Source of the DNA: Roseibacillus sp.
GTDB lineage: Bacteria > Verrucomicrobiota > Verrucomicrobiia > Verrucomicrobiales > Akkermansiaceae
NCBI GenBank assembly: GCA_051251855.1
Contig: JBPOGI010000006.1
Location: 96,001 to 160,000, forward strand
DNA length: 64,000 nucleotides
Direction of reading: 5' to 3'
The notes beneath the pieces are model-generated. The model was not told where the DNA came from and searched no databases. It was given only the letters and a program-made list of their open reading frames with translations. A program made the position numbers and the translations under genes. How positions within the stretch are numbered: the first letter of the stretch is position 1; every line of letters begins with the position of its first letter. Positions 58,408 to 64,000 of the stretch are shown one piece after another.

Positions 58408-59561
58408 GGGGTTGTGAGGGTGTAGGGACCGCTGATAGGTGCCGGCGAGGCGGTAAAGGCTGTTCCGGTCATTCGCCCATTGTCGGGGCCATCCGCGCCT
58501 AGCTTGAACCGGAGAGGAACAAAAGCGTCCGAAAGCACGAGGAGTGACGCGCCATAAGCATTGGTAAATTCTTGCCGGAATTCCGTGATGGGGGCGACAT
58601 TTGCATCAATAGCGATGGTTCCGATGGATGGGCTGTTAGCGGCATTGAGGGTGGCAACAAAGGTGTTCGAGCCGACCGTGAAGGTGAGGGTCTTGCCATG
58701 GTAGCTTGCGGGGGCCGGGGCCGATGCGGGCCAAGTGACAAGCGCGGATAAGGAGGGAGTGCGATAGAATTCACGCGGGAGATAGCTCTTCTCTAGGGGA
58801 GTTAAGGCTGTCTGACTGCTATCGAGAAAGCGTTCGGCACCACTCCAGTTGACGAGGTCGTTACTCTTCTCGATCGAGATAGAAGTGCCGGGAGGTTGGT
58901 CTAGGGTGATTTGACCATCTGCGGCTGAGAATTGGCGAGTCAGGGTGCTCACGGTAGGCAACTCCTCAGCAAATTCGTCGAAGGCCTCGGCGGTGCTACC
59001 GACTCTGCGAATCGTGACCGAGTTGATGATGACATCGGTGGTGGGAGAAGAGCCGCTGACGGGAGTGGCATGGATGGTGTCGATGACGGATTGCCCGGCT
59101 ACAGCGACGCTTCCAAAGATGGTGTGAATCCCGTTGAGATGGGTGGGAGTGTTTTCGGTGATGAAGAATTGGGAGCCGTTTGAGTTGGGGCCGGAATTGG
59201 CCATCGCGAGCAGGTAGGGGGTATCAAAGGCGAGGCCATTTGCGGTTTCATCAGGGAAGACGTATCCTGGGCCATCGGTGCCCTGGCCGTTGGGGGAACC
59301 CGCTTGGATGATGAAGTTGTCGATCACGCGGTGGAACTTGATACCGGTGTAATAGGGGGTGTTGCTTTGCAAAGCACCGGTAGTGGAATCGATCCATGGG
59401 CGGCTGCCCTCGGCGAGAATGATGAAGTTAGCGACGGTTTTGGGCGAGTTGACCTCGTCAAGTTGAACGGTGAAGTCTCCCAAGGTGGTTGAAAAATCAG
59501 CGAAGATTTGTCCATGAGCAGAGCTTGCCAAGAGGGAGAGAAGGAGAGGAATGTGCTTCAT
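58404..59561 (-). CDS. exported cyclophilin-type peptidylprolyl isomerase with C-terminal extension
   Basis: PKTVANF, FHRVI..FIIQAG, MANSGPNSNGSQFFIT, HTIFG. Confidence 0.92.
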   Translation of the reverse strand: MKHIPLLLSLLASSAHGQIFADFSTTLGDFTVQLDEVNSPKTVANFIILAEGSRPWIDSTTGALQSNTPYYTGIKFHRVIDNFIIQAGSPNGQGTDGPGYVFPDETANGLAFDTPYLLAMANSGPNSNGSQFFITENTPTHLNGIHTIFGSVAVAGQSVIDTIHATPVSGSSPTTDVIINSVTIRRVGSTAEAFDEFAEELPTVSTLTRQFSAADGQITLDQPPGTSISIEKSNDLVNWSGAERFLDSSQTALTPLEKSYLPREFYRTPSLSALVTWPASAPAPASYHGKTLTFTVGSNTFVATLNAANSPSIGTIAIDANVAPITEFRQEFTNAYGASLLVLSDAFVPLRFKLGADGPDNGRMTGTAFTASPAPISGPYTLTTP

Positions 59562-59659
59562 AAGCAGAGAGGAAGGGGCACTTTAGGAAGAAAATTGCGA
59601 ATTGGAAATGTTAACCTCAGGGCTTGCACGGGGGGCCGAGTCCGAGTTGCTTGGAGCTT

Positions 59660-60391
59660 GTGAGCGATTCTTCTTCCGCCAAGGGGTGGGCCCTCTTTGA
59701 CCTCGATCAGACCATTGTGCCTTGGGATCTACAGGTGTGCTTCTGCAACTTTGTCCTGCGAAGGGAAGGGTGGCGACGGATTCTGTTGGTGCCGTTCTTT
59801 TTACTCCTTCCGTTGGCCAAAGTGCTGGGTTCGGAGGTGATGAAGAGGGTCTTTATGGGGTTCGCTTGGGGGATGGAGAAGGAAAGGCTCCTAGAATGGG
59901 GCAACGAGTTTGCAGACAAAGTCGCAGCAGAGCTCACTTATCCTGAGGTGATTGCTGAGATTGAACGCCATCGGAGTGAGGGACGAACGCTGGTTTTGGT
60001 TTCGGCCAGTCCGGAAACCTATGTCTCGCGCATTGGTGAGCAACTGGGCTTTGACCATGTCTTTGGCACTGTGGTGGAGGTAGGGGAGCGCTTGGCCTGG
60101 TTCCCGCCTTTTCCTCTTGGAAACAATAAAAAGGAGAACAAAGTCGTGAGACTGCGGGACGAGCTGGGTTTGGTGGGTGTCTTGCCCAATAGCGAAGGAT
60201 ATTCTGACAGCAAAGCCGACCTCCCGATGCTGGAGATGTGCGAAAAGGTAGTGGCGATTCATCCAGAGGGAATTTTGGCAGAAAAGGCGAAGGCCAATGG
60301 CTGGAGAGTGCTCACCCCCGACAAACCATGGCGAGATCGCAAGCAGTTTGCTTGGGATTGCTTGAAAATGATGCTGGGGCTCTATCGTTAG
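59660..60391 (+). CDS. HAD-IB family hydrolase
   Basis: FDLDQT, LVSAS, YSDSKADLPML; start uncertain. Confidence 0.85.
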   Translation: MSDSSSAKGWALFDLDQTIVPWDLQVCFCNFVLRREGWRRILLVPFFLLLPLAKVLGSEVMKRVFMGFAWGMEKERLLEWGNEFADKVAAELTYPEVIAEIERHRSEGRTLVLVSASPETYVSRIGEQLGFDHVFGTVVEVGERLAWFPPFPLGNNKKENKVVRLRDELGLVGVLPNSEGYSDSKADLPMLEMCEKVVAIHPEGILAEKAKANGWRVLTPDKPWRDRKQFAWDCLKMMLGLYR

Positions 60392-60612
60392 AGGGGTGAC
60401 CGTCTTTCTTTCTTCGCTTTTTCCCTTTCGGAGGCACCAATGCGATGCTAACTGATTAGCAGTTCATGAAGCGAGAACGACGAGAAGCCATCACCGGGTG
60501 TGGGTCCACATCCAGCGTCAAGCCGAAGACATACCGTCTGACCGGAGCCCTAGGCTCGTAGCGTCGACGGTTTTTTTGTGCTCGCCCATGAATCCTTCTT
60601 ATTAAAAAGAGT

Positions 60613-61518
60613 ATGAATACATTACTGAAAGTTGCCGCCCTCGGATCACTCGCCATTTTGGCCAGTTGTAAGCCCAAAGGCGAAGAACAAGCCAACGGAG
60701 AAGAAGCCAAAGGGGGAACTCTCGTCATTACCGCGATTCCTGACGAAAAGGTTTCTGACCAAGAAGCCAAGTTTGCGGCCTTGCAGGGCTATCTCAAAGA
60801 AGAGCTCGATATCGATGTGAGCTTCTCTATCTCGGCGGATTATCCAGCGGCGGTGCAACGCTTCAAAAACGGAGAGGTTCACCTCGTTTGGTTCGGTGGA
60901 CTCACTGGAGTGCAAGCTCGCGCGGCCGTTCCTGGTGCACGCGCCATTGCCCAAGGTGATGTCGATCCCAACTACGTGAGCTACTTCATCGCTCACAAGT
61001 CGACTGGCCTGACTAAGTCTGATGCTTTCCCAACTGCCATCAAGGACATGACCTTTACCTTTGGCAGCCCAAGCTCGACTTCAGGTCGCTTGATGCCGAC
61101 CTACTTCATCCAGCAAGAGACCGGAAAGTCTCCTGAAGATTTCTTCAGCAAGCCAGTTCAGTTCCAAGACAAGGGTAGTCACGATGCCACCGCACGCGCG
61201 GTTGCAAGTGGTTCGATTCAGGTGGGAGCTTTGAGTTACAAGAAGTATGATTCCATGGTGGCTGATGGTGAAATCAGCGCCGAAGACGCGCCCATCATTT
61301 GGACGACTCCCGATTATGCGGACTACAACCTCACCGTGCACCCCGCTTTGGAGGAAATGTTCGGAGAAGGCTTTATCGACAAGTTGCAGAAGTCTCTCGT
61401 GGACTGCACTGACAAGGAAGTCCTGAAGGCCTTCAACCGTGACGACCTGATTCCTGCCAAGAACGAAGACTTTGATGGCATCGTCAAGGTTGCGAAAGAG
61501 CTGGAGTTCATCCGCTAG
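60613..61518 (+). CDS. PhnD-like ABC substrate-binding lipoprotein (putative selenate/phosphonate type)
   Basis: Lipobox LASC; AIPD, WFGGLTGVQAR, SSTSGRLMP, SHDAT. Confidence 0.88.
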   Translation: MNTLLKVAALGSLAILASCKPKGEEQANGEEAKGGTLVITAIPDEKVSDQEAKFAALQGYLKEELDIDVSFSISADYPAAVQRFKNGEVHLVWFGGLTGVQARAAVPGARAIAQGDVDPNYVSYFIAHKSTGLTKSDAFPTAIKDMTFTFGSPSSTSGRLMPTYFIQQETGKSPEDFFSKPVQFQDKGSHDATARAVASGSIQVGALSYKKYDSMVADGEISAEDAPIIWTTPDYADYNLTVHPALEEMFGEGFIDKLQKSLVDCTDKEVLKAFNRDDLIPAKNEDFDGIVKVAKELEFIR

Positions 61519-61583
61519 TTCGCTCTCGAATCATCAAACCTTTGGCGAGCGGGGGAAGTCATCCTCCGCTCGTCTTTTTTACT

Positions 61584-62315
61584 ATGTTTCAGCTTCAGAA
61601 AGCCTCTCTCAGCTACGGCAGCACGCGTGCGTTGGCCGAGATGGATCTGAAGATTGGGGCGGGCGAGCAAGTTTGTCTGATCGGCCCAAGTGGGGCAGGG
61701 AAGACGAGCTTGCTCGCCCTCCTCAATGGACGGCGCTTTCCCACCGCAGGAGAAGTGGTCGTCGAGGGACAGCCGCTGAGTACCCTTTCGACTAAGGAGC
61801 TGCGGCAAGTGCGTTCCCATATTGCCTGGGTGCCGCAAGACCTCGGGCTTGTTCCGAATTTACGGGTGAATCAAAACGTGGCCTGCGGGCGCGTGGGGGA
61901 GAAGGGGACTTGGGGATTGATGCGCAGCTTTTTGGCGATGTCCAAGGTCGAGCGCGATGAGATTCATGTCCTTCTCCAACGCTTGGGTATTGGGGAAAAA
62001 CTCTACCAGCGCACTGATCACCTTTCTGGAGGGCAGCAGCAGCGGGTCGCGGTTGCGCGAGCTCTTTTTCAAAAGCCGAAAGCGATTCTTGCCGACGAGC
62101 CGGTGAGTGCGGTTGACCCTGAGCGAGCGCGCGACTTGATGAAATTACTCACCAGCGTAGCCCGTGAAGAAGGGCTTTCCTTGGTTGCCAGCTTGCACGA
62201 TTTGTCGCTGGCTCGAAGTTGCTTCGACCGCGTGATTGGATTGAGGGAGGGCGAGGTGGTCTTCGATGGTCAGGCCAGCGAGCCGGAGGTTGAGAAACTT
62301 TATCGACTCTCATGA
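61584..62315 (+). CDS. PhnC-like ABC ATP-binding protein
   Basis: GPSGAGKT, LSGGQQQRV, LADEP. Confidence 0.92.
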   Translation: MFQLQKASLSYGSTRALAEMDLKIGAGEQVCLIGPSGAGKTSLLALLNGRRFPTAGEVVVEGQPLSTLSTKELRQVRSHIAWVPQDLGLVPNLRVNQNVACGRVGEKGTWGLMRSFLAMSKVERDEIHVLLQRLGIGEKLYQRTDHLSGGQQQRVAVARALFQKPKAILADEPVSAVDPERARDLMKLLTSVAREEGLSLVASLHDLSLARSCFDRVIGLREGEVVFDGQASEPEVEKLYRLS

Positions 62316-64000
62316 AGCGTCGCTGGTTTCTTTTAGCTGCCTGCCTGGTTTTTCTAACTGGGCTATGGATTCTGGGAGCCCATCCCCGTGACTTGATTCC
62401 TTCACCGGCCGGCCAGGCCCTCGCTGGGGAATTTGCCAAAACCGCTTTTCAGCCTGCTTTGGATTTTGAGGCGGTTGAGATGAGAGAAAGTGGAGCGAGT
62501 TTTGTAGGGAAAGTCTTCACCGCACTCTGGCTGACTGTTCGCTACGCGGCGGTGGCGATGAGTCTCGCTCTGGTGATTGGGGTGGTGGGTGGAGTCTTGG
62601 GCGCGCGCAGCTGGTGGACTCGTTCGACGCCGCTGTTAGAATTTTTTCGGCGAGGAGTTCGTCTGTTGGCCACGGCGGTACGATCTGTTCACGAGCTCAT
62701 GTGGGCGTTGCTTTTTATCTCTGCGGTGGGAACTTCTCCCATTGCTGCAGTGCTGGCGTTGGCGCTGCCGTATGGTGGCACTTTGGCTAAGGTGTTCTCC
62801 GAGCTACTGGATGAAGCGCATTCGTCGGCCAGCGAAGTGATGCGAGCGACAGGCGGAAGTGGCTTTGCGGCTTTCTCGGGTGGAGTGGTGATGCGTGCGT
62901 TGCCGGATTTGATTACTTATGCGCTCTATCGTTTTGAGTGTGCCATTCGGTCTTCTGCGGTGTTGGGTTTTGTGGGGATTCCGACCATTGGTTATCACAT
63001 CACCACTTCATACGAAGATGGTCATTGGCGCGAGATTTGGACTTATCTCTACGCGCTGATTATTGTGGTGCTTTTGTTCGAGTGGATGGGTTCCCGAGTT
63101 CGGGAGGTGATGGCGAAGGGTGCACCCGCGCGCACGGTGGCTGCACCGGAACACTCGATGGACGCGCTCAAGAAGTCCCGTCCGCGAAGCTATTTTCTAC
63201 GAGGGGCTGCTCTTTTTGTCGTTCTCTTGACTGCAGCCAGCTGGTTCTTCGAGTCGGACTGGACATCGGGAGTGAGCGCCGAGCGTCGTCTGGAGAACTT
63301 ACAGAGATTCTCCCTCGAGTTGGTTCCCTTTCCCATGCGTGATTCGGGCGATTGGAGCGCTCTGGGACCTTGGTTGAAGGAGTTGTTGCTGTGGGATGGT
63401 CTCGATGCCTTGTGGCGAACGTTACATTTAGGAACTTCGGCTGCGCTTTTGGCGGGGGCAGTGGCTTTGGTGGGGATGCTTTGGGGTTCTCGCAGTCTGG
63501 CTACGGATCAGCCTCGGGGAATTTTCCTCGGTGGTGGCGTTGGCAGAAAATTATTGGGGCGTTTTGTCCGTGGAGCAGCGGTGCTTTCGCGTTCCATGCC
63601 TGAGTTCATTCTGGCCTTCCTTCTTCTGCAGATTTTTGGTCCTACCATCTGGGCTCTGATTCTCGCGCTGGCGGTTCACAATGCGGGGATTCTTCTGAGG
63701 CTTGGAGCCGAGGTTGTCGATAATGCCTCCAGCCGAGGTGCGGAAGTGATTCTTCTGCAGGGCGGTGGTAGGACGAGTGCTTACTTCGGAGCCCTTTTGC
63801 CCGAGGGGTTCAATCGACTGGTTCTCTTTCTCTTCTATCGTTGGGAAACCTGTATTCGGGAAGCGACGATGTTGGGAATGTTGGGAGTAGGGTCGCTCGG
63901 TTTTCTGATTTCAGAGGCGGGGGTTCGCTTCTATTACGACGAGATGATTCTTTGGGTGGTTTTGGGTGGTTCGCTTGTTTTTGCGGGCGACCTGGCCTCG
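62312..64000 (+). CDS. PhnE-like ABC permease with two fused TM domains, runs off the window
   Basis: RSVHELMWALLF, YRFECAIRSSAVLGFVG, then a second RSMPE...YRWETCIREATMLG. Confidence 0.85.
   Translation, partial: MKRRWFLLAACLVFLTGLWILGAHPRDLIPSPAGQALAGEFAKTAFQPALDFEAVEMRESGASFVGKVFTALWLTVRYAAVAMSLALVIGVVGGVLGARSWWTRSTPLLEFFRRGVRLLATAVRSVHELMWALLFISAVGTSPIAAVLALALPYGGTLAKVFSELLDEAHSSASEVMRATGGSGFAAFSGGVVMRALPDLITYALYRFECAIRSSAVLGFVGIPTIGYHITTSYEDGHWREIWTYLYALIIVVLLFEWMGSRVREVMAKGAPARTVAAPEHSMDALKKSRPRSYFLRGAALFVVLLTAASWFFESDWTSGVSAERRLENLQRFSLELVPFPMRDSGDWSALGPWLKELLLWDGLDALWRTLHLGTSAALLAGAVALVGMLWGSRSLATDQPRGIFLGGGVGRKLLGRFVRGAAVLSRSMPEFILAFLLLQIFGPTIWALILALAVHNAGILLRLGAEVVDNASSRGAEVILLQGGGRTSAYFGALLPEGFNRLVLFLFYRWETCIREATMLGMLGVGSLGFLISEAGVRFYYDEMILWVVLGGSLVFAGDLAS

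Overview
64-kb bacterial chromosomal window, most likely Verrucomicrobiota (many PEP-CTERM proteins, ECF sigma/Ser-Thr kinase pair, sulfatase). Housekeeping genes (thrB, rlpA, HU, mutY, avtA, argB, murI, ilvC, fdhD, PhnCDE-like ABC transporter) flank two accessory zones. The most striking is a co-oriented ~8.7-kb RNA-centred locus (16.2-24.9 kb, + strand) that the ORF track largely misses. It runs: leader ORF overlapping an antiterminator/terminator (attenuator), a ~1.3-kb highly structured non-coding region (GOLLD-like), an array of 19 mostly atypical tRNA genes, RimJ/L-type GNAT, hypothetical protein, HNH endonuclease, a 3'-broken tRNA(CAU) flanked by structured RNAs, SPFH protein and RtcB RNA ligase. 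The array includes two tRNAs split by 82- and 86-nt inserts at the same T-loop position, a D-armless 8/4 tRNA(UCU)-like RNA, two 8/4 tRNA-Ser and two short-arm tRNA-Leu. The second zone (29.9-50 kb) has signal-peptide-bearing Hcp-fold proteins, three TA pairs whose toxins each carry one in-frame stop, IS481 and RT remnants, a RAYT with REP-like repeats, a decaying polysaccharide locus, and two islands bounded by diverged copies of the upstream gene's 3' end. All calls were made by eye; no searches were run.
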